64,000 nucleotides of DNA from Eledone cirrhosa (taxonomy: Eukaryota): assembly GCA_964016885.1 (NCBI GenBank), contig OZ024743.1, positions 256,308,001 through 256,372,000 of the forward strand, written 5' to 3'. The notes under the pieces are model-generated. The model was not told where the DNA came from and did not search any database. It saw only the letters and a program-made list of their open reading frames with translations. Of the stretch, positions 1-14,829 are shown one piece after another; position 1 is the first letter of the stretch, and every line of letters begins with the position of its first letter. The position numbers and the translations under genes are program-made.

Positions 1-180
1 TGCTGCTAGTAAGGGCATTCAGCTGTAGAAATATAGCCAAAATCAGTTCCCGTATGAGCAAGACAAGGTCACCCGACCTGGCACTGCCCACAACAGGAAA
101 ACCTGTCTAACCCTTGCTAGCGTGGAAGAATTGACACTAAAATGGTGATGATGAGGATGATGATGCTGATGATGCTGATA
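1..180 (+). mobile_element. 3' end of the SINE/RTE tail family
   Basis: Reverse complement of ~325-490; (GAT)n tail. Confidence 0.75.
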
Positions 181-324
181 TATATATATATATATATAGA
201 TATAAAAATGTGGTTAACTCACCTGATTTGTCTCAGAGTGTGACAACCCATCTATTCCTTGCAAGCTTGGAAAAATAGACATTAAACGAGGATGAAAATT
301 ATGATGTATGTAAATTTACACAGA

Positions 325-773
325 TATCATCATCATCATCATCATCACCGTTTTACGTCCATTCTTCCACGCTAGCATAGGTTAGACATGTTTTCCTGTT
401 GTGGGCAGTGTCCGGTCGGCTGACCTTGCCTTGCTCATACGGGAACTGATTCTGGCTTTATTTCTACAGATGGATGCCCTTCCTAACACCAACCTCATTT
501 ACAGTGAGTGCTGGGTGCTTTTTTTCTATGACACCTACATGTCCACTTTACAGTGTGGGCTGGGTGCTTTTTTTGCTATGGCACCTCCACAACCACTTTC
601 CATTGGAATGATAGGGACCCCCAGTCCTATCATCTCATTTCTACAGCTGAGTAAACCGGAACAATGTGAAATAAAGTGTCTTGCTCAAAGAAACAACACA
701 TCACCCGGTCTGAGAATTGAACTCACAACCTTTCGATTGCAAGCCCAATGCTCTAACCACTAAGCCATGCGCC
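325..773 (-). mobile_element. tRNA-headed CORE-like SINE with RTE-derived tail
   Basis: Head ggcgcatggcttagtggttagagc..gagttcaattc; CORE-like ttgagcaagacacttta; RTE tail and (GAT)n. Confidence 0.85.
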
Positions 774-800
774 TTCATATATGTATGTGTATATATATAT

Positions 801-837
<37 letters not shown>

Positions 838-869
838 AATATATATATATATAAATATATATATATATA

Positions 870-1039
870 AATAGGAACCAGTAAGACCCCGACAGCTGAG
901 CTCAAGCCGTTTCGACGTCGAAACGGCTTGAGCTCAGCTGTCGGGGTCTTACTGGTTCCTATTACCCACTCTACTACCTCAAGTATTGAGTACTTTGGTG
1001 CGTTATGGTCCACCTGGTTCCTTACCACATTTCCTTCGT

Positions 1040-1040
<1 letters not shown>
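870..1040 (+). mobile_element. PLE pLTR-type remnant: perfect 94-bp palindrome (hammerhead 3' half) plus tail, in (TA)n
   Basis: 870-963 is a perfect palindrome centred at 916/917; GAAA-CGGC-UUGAGCUCA-GCUG-UC at 920-942; tail motif ctctact..gtattgagtac shared with the 39965-40157 element. Confidence 0.7.
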
Positions 1041-1089
<49 letters not shown>

Positions 1090-1165
1090 CACACACGCAC
1101 ACACACACATATATATATATATGTTTATATATATGTGTATATATATATATATATATACATATATA

Positions 1166-1223
<58 letters not shown>

Positions 1224-2416
1224 CGTGTATATATGTATGTGTCTATATATGTATATGTGTATATATATGTGTATATATATATATATATATATGTGTGTAT
1301 ATATATATATATATATGTATACTCACACCCTTACATACATATGCATGCATATATGTATATATATATGTAAGCATACACACACAAACTCATACTCATACAC
1401 ACACACACATATATATAAACCCACATATATCTATACATACATACATCAACAGCAAGCAAGAAAGATAGATACTTAGATGGCTATGTCTCAGACTCTCTTC
1501 CAATATATACAGAGAAACACTTTGCTAATAGGATATTATTTAAATGAAATGACATTATAATGCTCCAACATTATACCTATACTGCTATATTTGGAAGGAC
1601 TAATCACCATTTTCGATGTCACACTATTGCATTCTTTCTTTAACTGCTATTTTTTCCCCTTCTTCTTCGTTGGTTTTCTCACTAAAATTGCTCTCTAACA
1701 AGACGCACTAAAATACACATATTATTATATCGCCCCAAACATTAATGTTGCAAACAATGAGAGCTGAAAATATCATTTTTCTTATATTTTTAGCCCAACT
1801 CTAAGTAAGTAACTTCAACTGTTAACACAACGCTAGATGTATCAATTATCACCTCTCAGAAAATAGATCTAATGTTTAACTACATATGAGTTCAATTTGG
1901 CATGCAATGTCTTTTTTTTTCTTTTCCTTTTGCCATGAGATGGTGATTTGGTAGAGTCATTAGTCACTATCAACATTTTACATATGCCTTTCTATACTGG
2001 CATTGGTTGCATGGGTTGCTACAAACTAAGTCAATACTAACTTGGAGCTATTTCTTGACTATGTTTCAGTTTTAGCATGGTTTCTACAGCTGAACGCTCT
2101 TCCTTTCACCAACCACTTTGCAGAAAGCATTGAGTGTACTTTATTGTGGCACCAGCACTAGGGATACTATCATCTCACAAGACTGTTTAGTCCCCTCAGT
2201 CGTTTTTGGCATGACATCTATGGCTGTATTTTCTTCCTACTCTCAACCACTTTACAGTCTACAGAGGACAAACTGCCTTGTAATATTTTAGACAGTATTT
2301 TACATTTTGAGTTCAAATCAGTCCAGATACATGAGCCATCTGAAAGAATAGAGAACAACAGACATGGATTTAAGATATATTTTCTGCTATTTCTAGCAGC
2401 AATGGTGAGTAATAAT

Positions 2417-2606
2417 TGTTTCTACTTTTTCGCACAAGGCCAGCAATTACCCAGTGCATTATTGGTACTTTATTTTATCGACTCCGTAAGGATGAAAGGC
2501 AAAAAAAAATCTTGGCGGGATTCGAACTCAGAATGGCAAGGGCCATAACTCTATGCGTCAAAGCATAGCTTCCGACCCTCTACCGATACTGCCAATCCAT
2601 GCTTTC
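2417..2606 (-). mobile_element. SINE, same family, 13-bp TSD
   Basis: TSD ggtgagtaataat at 2404-2416 and 2607-2619. Confidence 0.88.
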
Positions 2607-3599
2607 GGTGAGTAATAATATAAAGACAGTAGGACCAGATGTGTGAGCTATCTGAAAGAATGATTTAAAACAAATTTAGCTTCTGTTTCTAACAGTCTGT
2701 TGCATAATTACACCATAGTTGTCAACACTAATAGGTATATCTTCTGAAAGACTAGAGGTTAGGAAGAGATTCAAAACATATATAATGATATTTCAAAGAT
2801 GCAATGTTAAGCCACCACACAGAGACAGACAAAGATAGGTGAAACTCTATGGAAGATTTAAATGCAAGGAGAGATTTGAAAACAAAATGATATAGCAAGA
2901 GACTGCATCACACATTTAACACTCAACTACCGAACCTCAAAAATCCTCTGCATATTAAATCAGATTTAAGTGCATCTCAGCACTGAAAATAAAATAATTG
3001 ATTTTATCGAAATCCGGATGTTACTATTTCTGGTTTTTCCTGTATTTCAAGATTAATCTTTAACTCCTTACATTCTTCAATAACCAATAATAACAAAATG
3101 TGACAAAATATGAATATTCTTCATATATTTCCTGAATGGGCAAAGTTTTGTTAATGTCCTATGTTAATTCTGCAATCAACAAGGAAGTTATTTTTAATAC
3201 TAAATAACAAATTCAAATTAATTCCATTCTATACAGATAGATTTCTACTTTCCAAATGTGAAGCATGTTCTTGAATAATTTATCATGAATAAACACACAT
3301 ACATATATATGTATGTATATGTATGTATATAATTATATATGTATATAGACATATACATGCATACAAATACATAATGCCCAAACAGACATATATGTATTTG
3401 TATGCATAAGTGTGTATACATGTGTATACTTAGACCAGCATATTTGTATACAGATACATATAAAACACAGATACATTTGATTATATATATCCATATATGT
3501 AAGTGGTGGTGTGTTGGTGATAGTGTGGTGGGTGTAATGATGATAATTATAAACTGTATGATGACAATAATCATGATGATTAAATGTATGATTATAATA

Positions 3600-4060
3600 A
3601 TACTTTCTAACATAGGCACACAACCAGCAATTTTGTAGAAATCTATTTGCAGAAGTCTATTGACTCAAGTAGTTAACTGGTACATCATTTTATCAAGCTC
3701 AGAAAGATGAAAGGCAAAGTTGACCTGGGATTTGAACTCAGAGAGCAGAGAGCTAAAATGTACACTGCAAAGTATTGTATCTGATGCTTTAATGACTCAA
3801 CTAATCCATTGTCATTTTTATGATTATAATAGTTTTAAATAATATATGATTATGATAAATATTTCTAATTTAGGCAGAAGGCCATCGGTTTTAGAGGAGG
3901 GGAAAACCAATTAAATTGCTGCAGTACTTAATTGGTACTTTATTTCATTGACCTTGAAATGATGAAAGGCAAAGTTGATCTTAGCAGGAATTGAACTCAG
4001 AACATTGTAAAGGGCCATAACTAAATGATGCTTTTTGCCCAAATGCTCTAATGATTCCCT
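3600..4060 (-). mobile_element. Two older SINE copies with the same core
   Basis: ggtac..ttt.at..gatgaaaggcaaagttga..gaactcag occurs twice. Confidence 0.65.
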
Positions 4061-4565
4061 TATGATTATAATAAGCAGGTTAAATGAAAATGAGGATGAT
4101 GATGATAATAATGTTAACGAAAATATCAATAATGATTCTAAGGAGAAGTTGGATGGGGGGAGAGGGAGGGTGAAGAGATAGATGATATGATGTTGTTGGA
4201 GGATGACCAAAATGATAACAATTATGACAAAGTTGAAAATGATAGATGTACACGAATAAATTCAGTATTTATGTGTATGAGTGTACATTGTTGTCTTTGT
4301 GTGTGCATTTGTGCATGTACTTTTGTATGCATATGTGTATGCATTCACAATCTTCACATGAAAATATCAAGTCAACTTGGGAATAAATAAAGAAAAAGAA
4401 TGTAAATTAAGACTTTTAATAAAATACACATCAGTCACTTGTTATTAAGTATATTTTTTATAATTTCCATTGTTGTTTTGTTTAACTAAGGAGATTTATT
4501 ATATAACGCTGGTCTAATTAGGAACAAAGAACATAGCAGTATATTCTAATGTATTTTATATAATA

Positions 4566-5842
4566 CTAACAGAATGGCCCGGCGTTACTCAGGATTTGCT
4601 CTAGAGTTCTTATATATTTGATATATATTTATTCTTATTGAGCCTCGTGAAATAAATACGTCTATTTATATTTTGTTATTGTGTATACAAAAATATCTGT
4701 ACACGAATATATAATTATATCTATATCTATATATCTAAAACAGAGAATGTCTGTCGGTCTGTCTGTCAGCTCACTAAAACTTGAGAACCACCCAACCGAT
4801 TGTTTTCAAACTTTACACATGTAATACTTATGGTCCTGTGTGTGTTTTGAGCAAAAATTATTTCAAATTTTCAATGCCCTAGGGACCGCATTAGGCGATT
4901 TAGCGATCTCTCTCTATAATTCTTAGTCTTTCTTTTTAGATAGATACATAGATATAACGTTGCGTCCTTATAATATATGTCTGTATGTCTGGCTGTCTGC
5001 ATTACGTCATTATGACGCGATCAGTGTGTGTGTGTATATATATGTATCGTAATGCAAACAGCAAGACATATAGCTTTCCTTCCCCTCTTCCAACGTCTCT
5101 CTCTCCCGCTATCCCCCTATTTTAGTCTGTCTGTTTCTTTCACTCTCACTCTTTCTCTTTATAACTAACACACATTAATACTAAAGGGTTAAGGTATTGT
5201 TCTCAAAATAAATAAAATTAAATCTATGAGATTTTTATATTATGTGAGATAAAGCCTTTACCATGAAAATAATATAGTATATATAGAGTAATGTAAATGC
5301 TAAAGGGTTAATTCCATCAGGCCACGTGAGAGAGTTTATAATCACTCACGCACACATACACACTCACGCATGCAAACGCACACAAACTCACACGTACTAA
5401 CACACGCAATAGTTATTCCACTGTCATGTATCTTTGACGCATACAACTCTCAAAAGACGGCGTCTGTCACTCTCTCTCTCCCTCTCCCGCTATCCCCCTC
5501 TTTTAGTCTGTCTGTTTCTTTCACTCACTTTTTCTCTCTGTAACTCGTTCACATTTCTCCCCTCTATCGAAAAACGCTGTGACGAATGGGGAGAAGGAGG
5601 CGGAGGAGTAGAGAGCCACTTCTTCACTTCGCCTCTCCGTTTCTTTCTCTCCCCTCTCACTCCCTCATTATGTACAGACATTGGCCACTTCACTAATTCG
5701 ATCTCTAGGTGAGAATAATTTGAAATTTTCTTGTGCTCAAAACGGGTTACATGTGTAGAGTTTGAAAAAAAACGGTTGGGTACTTCTCGAGTTTTAGGGA
5801 AACAGACACACAGACAGACATCCTCTGTTTTATATATATAGA
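4566..5842 (-). mobile_element. Non-autonomous Helitron-like element containing a second, inverted 5' end
   Basis: Minus 5' A|TCTATATATATAAAA..(TCTG)-like repeat..; 3' cctgagtaacgccggg hairpin..TTAG|T; a related 5' end lies on + at 4726-4870; internal duplication ~5095-5165 / ~5475-5545. Confidence 0.7.
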
Positions 5843-6689
5843 TAACTGTTACAAAATATATGCATACACTCCATATATAAACATGTATATATATCATCCT
5901 CATTTGATGTCTATATACTCTGGTAGCAAATATTGGACACACACATGCACACACAAACACACACACACACACACACTTACACACATGTATGACATATGTA
6001 TGTTTGTGTGTGCGTGTGTGTGTGTTTATGTTTCATACATGTATAGACATCTAGAAAAATATAATCATATATATAATACAAGCAAAAACATATTAAAAGA
6101 TCAGCACCGAACAACATATATTTCAATAAGTGTATGTTAGTTTAAAGTTTAAAAGAAGTCATAAAAGATTCTTAACATTTTAAACACCGGTTCTTCATCT
6201 GAAAGGAAAGCACAGAAAAGAGAGGATTTTTAGGGGAAAAAAAAAAAGGGAAAACAAACAAAAAAGAAAAGAAAGAGAGAAAATACACACATGTGGTCAA
6301 ATATCTGCTATCTTAGTAAAAGACAATAAGAAGAAAACTGAAAAAAGACTTCAGCCAATGTGATGTTGGAAAGGGGAGATATATACAGAGGATTATAAAC
6401 GCAAAATTGAAAAATAAATAAAATTAGAGCAATGTAAAGATATATATTTCACAAATATAATGGTAGTATTTTTTCTTGCAAAGACTAAGTAAAATGTTCA
6501 CTAAAAACTGAATAGATTTTACCGGCCTTTACTACAGTATATCATCATCCATTTATATCTGTTTTCAATGCTGGCAAGGTTTGGGCTGGTTGTTACAGTT
6601 CAAGGCTAGGCTCGTCAGAGAACCACCACTGCTTCTATCACTACTACTACGACGATGACGACTACGACGACGACGACGATGATGACTAT

Positions 6690-7030
6690 GACTACTTCTT
6701 CTTCTTCCACTTATTCCTGAGAGGGTTATAGGGGAGGAGTCCTGAAACACTCCTCCCAGTGGGTCCTGTCAAAAGCAACCATCTCCAATTGATCTAGTTG
6801 GGTACCCAAGAGAGAAGCCACATTAATGAATGTTATCAAACCATCTTGCCCAAGATGTAGCACTTGGTCTCCTGCTGGCTGGTTTTGCTCATAAAATCTG
6901 TCTAGCAATTCTTTCCTGAAATATTCGAACCACATGGTGCTGTGATCTCTCAATTTGGAGAAGTAGCAGTTCTACCTGGAGCAATTCTCTATTGCGTAAT
7001 GTCACTTCGAAGACCCTGTTTTAGTGATAC
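6690..7030 (-). mobile_element. Decayed RTE-type 3' fragment
   Basis: Similar to 24470-24850; both end in ..taagtgg.agaagaa. Confidence 0.6.
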
Positions 7031-10000
7031 ATTCTATATATGGCATTATTTTTATGATGTTATGCTAAAGAATAGAGACATAGACAGGCTTAATAAAACC
7101 AGTGAAATAACAGGTGATATCAGTCAATCAATGTTAACAACAGAATATACCCAATTAACTCATAATGAACAATTGTTATACCTTTTATAAAAGAAATTTT
7201 AAAAGAATATTTTTATGAATGATATTTTGAGTGTTGTTCTTTTTCAATGACATGTTATTTTTTCTAATAAAGCTTTGATTCTACAAGATTCATTATGGTA
7301 ATATTGGCATGTCTTCAAGGATCTGTAATATGTGATTGTTGGTATTGGTTTTTGGGTTGGTTTTCTTAATGTCAATGTTATCATTAAGGGAATGACTTTA
7401 AAAAACAGTGAGAGGAAATACAGCATTGACTTCATGAAAATATTACAAAGAGTTTACGAAAGAATTACAAAAAAAACATTATGAAAGAATTACAAAATAA
7501 TTATAAAAGAATTTACAAAAAAAAAAAAAACATTTACGAAATGATTGATTTGAAGTGTTGAAGGGAAATCTGCAAAACACTAAAATGAACATTTTTCAAA
7601 GATAAAAAAAGCCCCCAAAAAGTTGTTTCTTTTTCTTCAATCATTTCAATACTTGAAGAAAAAACGTTCAGAAGTAATTTCTACATTGTAGTAAGAGGCA
7701 GCATAATAACATGATGGGTGTTTGTTGCATACTAATATTATCATTACATTTTACACAGTATCATAACTGGTTTTGTTTTGTTAGTAAATGAATGACAGAA
7801 TTATGTTTCCCTTTAAAACCAAAGTACAGATGTTGGACTAACACGTCAAAGACCAAATCAACAAAAATGAAGATGAATATTATAAATTTTTTTTTTTACT
7901 GCTTTCAGTAATAAGACCATGGTCATGCTGGGGCACTGTTTTCAAGGGTTTTATTCAATCATATTGACCCCAGTACATATTTATTTCAAATGTAATGTGA
8001 GACAAGAACAAACAATATCATAGTGATGGTGGTGATGATGATGATGGTGATCATGGTGGTGGTGATCATAATAATGATGAAGATAATAACCGAAATGCAG
8101 GTGTGACTGAGTCGTTAAGCAATTTGCTTTGCAATCATAAGATCTTAAGTCCTACTGCATGGCATCATGAACAAATATCATTTACTATAGCCTCAGATGA
8201 ACCTATATCTTCTGAGTGAAATTCGCAAAGCAGAAACAGTATGGATTGTTTCTTTAATTTAAAGGTCCAGCTTTGTCATATGAATCTCCTTCAGAGATGA
8301 TGTTGTTAATGATGCTGATGACAATGATGATAATGATAACGTTGACAATGATGATAATAACAATGATGATGATGATAATGATGATGACATTTATGATGAA
8401 GATGATAATGGTGATAACGATTATGATGATGAAAATGATCATGATAATTATCATTATGATCATAATCGATAAAATAAAGTACCAGTAGTACACTGGGTAA
8501 TTGCTGGCCTTGTGCCAAATAATGATAAAGAACATGAAGTGCACTACAAATTAATTTATCACCATTTACCATTTTAAATATTCTGTAGAAAATTCCTTTC
8601 ACTGACTATCTTAGGAAGCAAAAATAAGTATTGGAAACTAACATATAACCACATACCTGCCACTCAGTTCACTTGTCAAATATAAACAGAAGAATCTTTA
8701 CTAAAAAGTCACATCACAGCAGAACTGAACTGAAAAATCTAATGTCATGCTCCAATGTTGTGAAGGAAGGTCTTTAAGTCTGGTCTCTATTCATGACTAA
8801 TCCAGGATGTGTTGTAGATTCCCCCTCTCACAAAACATTCATTGCAGTTATATTAGGAGGATATCATGAATTTATCTGTTTGGTCACGCAAACTATTTGT
8901 TTAAAAGCAAGTCTTTGTCAAGAAATTCTAAAATTGAATGGCGCCACTCACTCTCTCTCTCTCTCTATATACATACACATCCAAAAGTGATGATGATGGG
9001 AGAAATATAGTTCATTTAGCAGCTAATCAATTGCTGATTTCTCTTTAGTCTTTATTCTTCCTTTACATTTATTTTTATTTCACTAAATTCTGTTTAACCC
9101 TGAAGACAAAATTGTGTTTTAAAACTGAAATTCTCCTATTGCTATAAGTCCAACTGTGAATGAACATTTCTGCTACAATATAGAATTTATAATCTCCTCA
9201 TTGATTGCTGGAAAATAAGTTTTTCTTTATTATTTATATATATTTGTTCTTGTTATAGTGGTTATTGTGCAATCATTTCATAGAAACTGTTTCAGTTGAA
9301 GCCTCTTTCTAAATCAAATCTGTAATGTAATTTCAAATCGTGACTGTAGCTAGTTCACTTAACTCTAATGATATGGTTGGGTTATTGTATTTCACTTCAG
9401 GTGACAGAGTGTGCAAAATTGTTTATATATATAAGATACTTCACTGTTGCAAGAATAAAGATAGAAAGAATTTCTTATTTAATGCTAACCCAATGATAGA
9501 AGCCTGTGGGAAAATGTTCTCTGGCATGCAAATCCCTAGGTGCAACTCACCTCATGGTACCATTGAACAGAATGGAAAAAAGTGTTGCCCCAAGAGATAG
9601 TGAGGAAGACACATTGAAATAGTCATTAAAACTTGTAGGGCTTACTCCTGCAGATGGCCAACTCCACCTCCATAGCAGTGAATAGGGGGTGGAACATGGA
9701 CCAAAAATGCTAGATGTCTCTACCGTTATAGGTTCAATGATGAACTTATTAGAAATGGCTGATACTTCAACAGCTTGTGATCTTCTGTTTGTCAGACAAT
9801 GAAGACTGAGACTGTCACCAAATGCATCAAGTTATTGCTGGCTGGAAAACATGTCACTACATATTGTGTTCAAGATTAGAGGCTTACCACCATTGTTAAC
9901 CCTCTTTTTACTATATTTCTAACTAAAATATATGCTTCAGTTGAATTTTGAAATAAGCAAGAATTTAGACTGGTTTCATAAAACAACTACAAGGTTGTTA

Positions 10001-10419
10001 ATTTATGAACATGCTCTATAGAACACAAGTCAACAAAATGTTCTTAAATATATCTATTACTTAATTATTGTTTGAAAACTAAACTAATTTTAAGTATATT
10101 TCTTAATACCTCAACCTCAACATATAAATATCCCACTCACCAAATCCATTCCCAACCTGCATTCTCCCTCCCCTCAACACATTACATGCTCCTATGGTAC
10201 CACTCCAGTCATGCTCAATCCCTACAAACAAGTGTGAAAAGGAGAACATGCTCAAAATCTGCCCTTTACGTCATAATACTGCCAATATGAGAAAAAGTAC
10301 TTTGTCTACCCTGTATGGCGATCTGGCATCACAACAACAAAGCCCCCTATCCATTCTGTACGGGGCTCATACTGATTCATACTGATAACATGAAAAGAGG
10401 CAACTACAAATGCACTCTA

Positions 10420-10975
10420 TGAGATTGTAGTGTTGGTGACCAGGTATGAGAACCCCAGTCCACCCTATATAGAGGTTGTGTTGGTGACATGAAAAAAGCA
10501 CTCAGTATAGGTGGTCATGTGAGTGACATGACAAAAAGTGTCCAGTCTACTCTGTAATGGTGGGCAAGCTGGGGATACAACAAAAAGCATCTAGTCCCCC
10601 TTGTAAGTTGATTATGCTGGTGACATGACAAAATTCACCCAGTCCATCCTGTAAGGTACTCATGTTGGTGACACTACAAAAAGAACCCAATCCAGCCTTT
10701 AAGGTGGGCATTTTTGTACTATGACAAAAACCTCTGAGTTCACACTGTTAGATGGTAAAGTTGGTGCTATGAAAATAATGCACCCAATCCACACTGTAGT
10801 ATGGATGGTTTTAGGAACGGCATCCAGCTGTAGAAATCAAGACAAAATACAGATCCATATGAGCATGATGTGGTCTCTTGACCTGACTTCACTCATAATG
10901 TGATAACCCATCTAACCTATGCAAGCATGGAAAATGGACGTTAAATGATAATGATGATGAGGATGATGATGATCA
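10420..10975 (+). mobile_element. SINE/RTE 3' UTR with an expanded ~45-bp subrepeat array
   Basis: About 8 degenerate copies of ggtgacatgacaaaaa.cacccagtccacactgtaa followed by the family tail. Confidence 0.65.
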
Positions 10976-11559
10976 CCATATAAAATGAATTATTAGCTAC
11001 TATTCAACTACAATTATTATAGATTTGTAATCTAGAATAATTATACACATTGTATAACAGAATTGTAATATAGGAGAGTTATATACATTATTATTCTATT
11101 GAACTTTTTTGATTATAAAACAGGTGCACTCTAATAGAATTTATTTAAAACTACAAAATGAAATAAATTCAAACGTATAAATACAATGTCCCTCACCTTA
11201 CAGGTAAATAAAATTAAAAAGTTGAAAACTGGGTAAATTTAAAATTTTTAAATAAATATATAAAAAGTTAAATTAGATACACACAAAACAGAAAATTAAA
11301 TCATGTTTCTTTTATGGAAAGATGTAAAAATAATGTTTTACATAATGCAACCATGCACAATGGAATGTTGTTTCAAAGGACTGGTCACAGAGAATTTTCC
11401 TGTTTTATGTTGGCATTCATGTCACTGTTTTTTGTGCCCATCAATATTTTTTCAATGCTGTTTAAAGGGATAATTTTCTTGCAGGCTTTTGCTTTCCTTT
11501 CAAGAGATTTCTTTTTTTTTCTTTTTTTTTTTGAGAACATTGCCCTCAATGGAATCCTG

Positions 11560-12150
11560 CATTTGCTGTTTCAGGTGGAATGATAATATTAGATAAAAAA
11601 TGTTTCAGTTGCTTTGGGGCAAGTTGGAATCAAAAGGATTAAAGAAGATGTTAATGAAAGTGACTGGGTGATGAATATTGAAAGAGACAGTCATGAATAT
11701 TTAGAAGTGAAAAGGAATAAGGTGACTTGGTCATGTGTTGGGGAAAGATGATAGTGACTGGGTGAAAAGAATAGAGCCAGTGATAAATTTTGTGAAGAGA
11801 AATGGAATGTGATGGCTTCGTCATGTGTTGAAGAAGAAGGAAAGTTACTGTTGCAGAAAAACAGAGCCAGTGATAGATGCTGTGAAGAGACATGGAACAT
11901 GAAGACTCGAATGTGTGTTGAGAAAGGATATCAGTGACTAAGGGAGAGGAGTGATGGGAATGAATGTAGAAGGAATTAGAGGAAGGGAAAAATGAAGGAA
12001 GTCATGACTGAAGATGATGATGGAGAAAAAAAATGAAAGACAAGATGAGTGGTGTGCAGATGATAAGGAAAACTGGAAAAACTTGTCATGGAGCCCACAA
12101 TGGTAACCCCCCTTCTTTAACAGGGAAAATGGCTTTAAAACATTTGTTAT
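11560..12150 (+). mobile_element. RTE 3' remnant with internal ~90-bp tandem reiteration
   Basis: gtcatgtgttg..gtgactgggtga..gagccagtgata recurs 3-4 times (GHVL..DSDWVK coding segment). Confidence 0.5.
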
Positions 12151-12919
12151 TATGTCATTGTAATTGGGACTGGGTTATTATTACACTTCATTTCAAAAAT
12201 AAATAGAGACTTTAGGTGTTCATACCCTCAGACCACCATTTTCTCTGCCAATTTGGGATGATGGCATCATAATTAAGGAAATTGCCCCATGAGGTGGAAA
12301 AGCTGATGTAGTCTTAAAACTCTTTCTGCATCTCACTCTCACGTTTATTCCCTCACTATCACCCTTTCTTTTTATTATCTCAACAGCCTTCCCCTTGCTT
12401 AAAATCTCATTTGTGTGACAGCAAATTAAAACATGTATCAAATTATCATATGATGATGATAGATAGATACAGGAGAAATTGTACAGTGGCAGAACAGTAT
12501 GAATTTCAGTAAGATATGAACTGACAACCAAAGTATAGATACTTTAATTATTCACCAACCATGAAATGGCATTTGGAAATAAAAGATAATGTCATTCTGA
12601 CATCAGTTGCATCCATGGCATCAAATTAAGCTATTAATGAATAATACAGGTATAGATGTGTAGTTGATGATGATGATGATGAAGTTGGCAGTGGTGGCAA
12701 TAGTGATGTAGGAAGAACACTTAATTATAGGGATTACCATTACAATAAGTATAGATGTAATGATGATGTAATATGTTGACAGTGTACTTTGTGACATGAA
12801 ATCATAGCTAGAGTGGTGGTTAGAGAAGTTAATGCCTAGTGTATAATGGTGAAAGGAGGGAGAGGAGGAGGATAAGAAGGGGGAGGAGGGGGAAGAAGAG
12901 AAAGAGGATTCTGAATGAT

Positions 12920-13320
12920 TCTTTTTAATTCAGAGAAAAAGATTGCAATTTAGGGAAAGGGGAAAGTCAATTATATCACCCCAGTACATAACTGGTACTT
13001 TATTTTATCAACCCTAGAAGGATCAAAGGCAAAGTTGATCACAACAGGATTTGAACTCAGAACATAGAAATTTGAAAGTTATTACTACAAAGCATTTTGC
13101 GTGACAGTCTACAGATACTTCCAATCATCAGTTCCTAATTTATACACAAAACTGGCAATTCTGGGGGGAACGAGGTGGTAATTCGATTATACTGACCCTA
13201 GCAATTGACTTGTATTTTGTTTTTATCGTACCCAGAAAGTTGAAAGCCAAAGTAAACTTTGAAGAGATTTTAACTCAGAATATGAAGAGCTGCAACAAAT
13301 TCAACAAGGAATTTTGGATG
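12920..13320 (-). mobile_element. Two older SINE copies with the same core (others near 13840, 36280, 51750, 53600, 54960)
   Basis: Degenerate core plus gatttgaactcaga. Confidence 0.6.
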
Positions 13321-13351
13321 AAGGAAGATTCTGGCAGTATGTGACTGCAGG

Positions 13352-13489
13352 CAGAGCCTATGAGAGGTGGGCCCAAGATTAAAAGGCCCCACAGCAACCA
13401 TGCAAAATCTATTTTGAGAAATATTTTTACCTGCTTTGAGCCCCAAAGGGGTCTTGTACTGCCTTGCAAAATTTCTCTTTGAGGCTCTG
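13352..13489. mobile_element. hAT-type MITE
   Basis: TIRs cagagcctatgagag / ctctttgaggctctg; 8-bp TSD actgcagg / aatgcagg. Confidence 0.7.
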
Positions 13490-14725
13490 AATGCAGGTAA
13501 ATGAACAGTGGCATGGTTGAATTTTTAGAGTATCGGACAGATTACCATGTGGTATCTATTTTAGCTTTGTGTATTCTGAATTCAAATACTGCCTCTTGTC
13601 ACCAGAAAAAATATAATAATGGAATTGCAACAGACAGATAATGTAAAAAAAAAAGAAAGAGGTAATCATCAGATCAGATCAAAGAAAGTATGCTTCTGTT
13701 GATTTTTGCATTACCGATACTATATGCTGACCATAACTCCTGACAGTAAGAGGTATGTTTTGAACTCAGAATGGCCAGTCAAATAAGATATGGCAAAGCA
13801 TGTTGTACAACTTTTAAACAATTCCACAAATCCATTGCCTCTTGACTGGTACTTTATTGACACTGAAAGGATAAAAGGCTAAGTTTATTTTAGCAGGATT
13901 TGATCTGAGAGCAGAATGAGGTGGGGTTTTAGAAGGCATTCAATCTAAAACCTCACTGACTCTGCCTAATATTAACAATGAGAAAAACAATGGGAAACTA
14001 GCTCCCTTGCTTTGAATAGAAGATCGAATGCAATGCAGTGTGATTTTTGTATTACTTTAACTGGAAATTATGCATCAGATATTTAGGTATTCAACTCTTT
14101 AATTCCTCTATTAGCATGGGTAATAACTCAATTGGAGCTAACCCTTTAAGCTGCGTGTGTAAACAAACAAAAACGTTTTGTGGATTCAGCAAATCCTTAT
14201 ATAATATTGCCAACTGAAACCATAACCATTTCAAGACTGAAGATGCTGAGCAAAAATTTCGCTTAGTTTTTCATTGGTGTTTTTATTTTGTTCAATGTGT
14301 CCATATTTGATTTACGTTTCATTTTGTATTTCTTTATTTCTTTATTATTTTCATTATCACGTTATTGCTTGAGAATTGCAATTGAATTATGGTGTTAAGA
14401 ATTAAATTGTTAAAAATTATATGCTCTACATAGATATTGTTAATGTTGTTGATATTGATGTATTAGTAGTAGTTTTGATGTTGGTGATGGTTGAGATGGT
14501 AGCAGTTGTAGTTTGATTCTTGTACATTTTGCCATAATCTAATTTTCGAAATTTACACTGAAATGTTATGCACTCAGATAGGTTTTCTTTTTAATTATAT
14601 TTAATTTTATTTAGATTTTGTTTTGACTGATCACTTTATTCATTTATTTATTTATTTATTATTATTATTATTATTATTGTTCGTATTGCTATTATTGTTG
14701 TTGTTGATGTTGTTTTTGTTGTTGA

Positions 14726-14781
<56 letters not shown>

Positions 14782-14782
14782 C

Positions 14783-14829
<47 letters not shown>

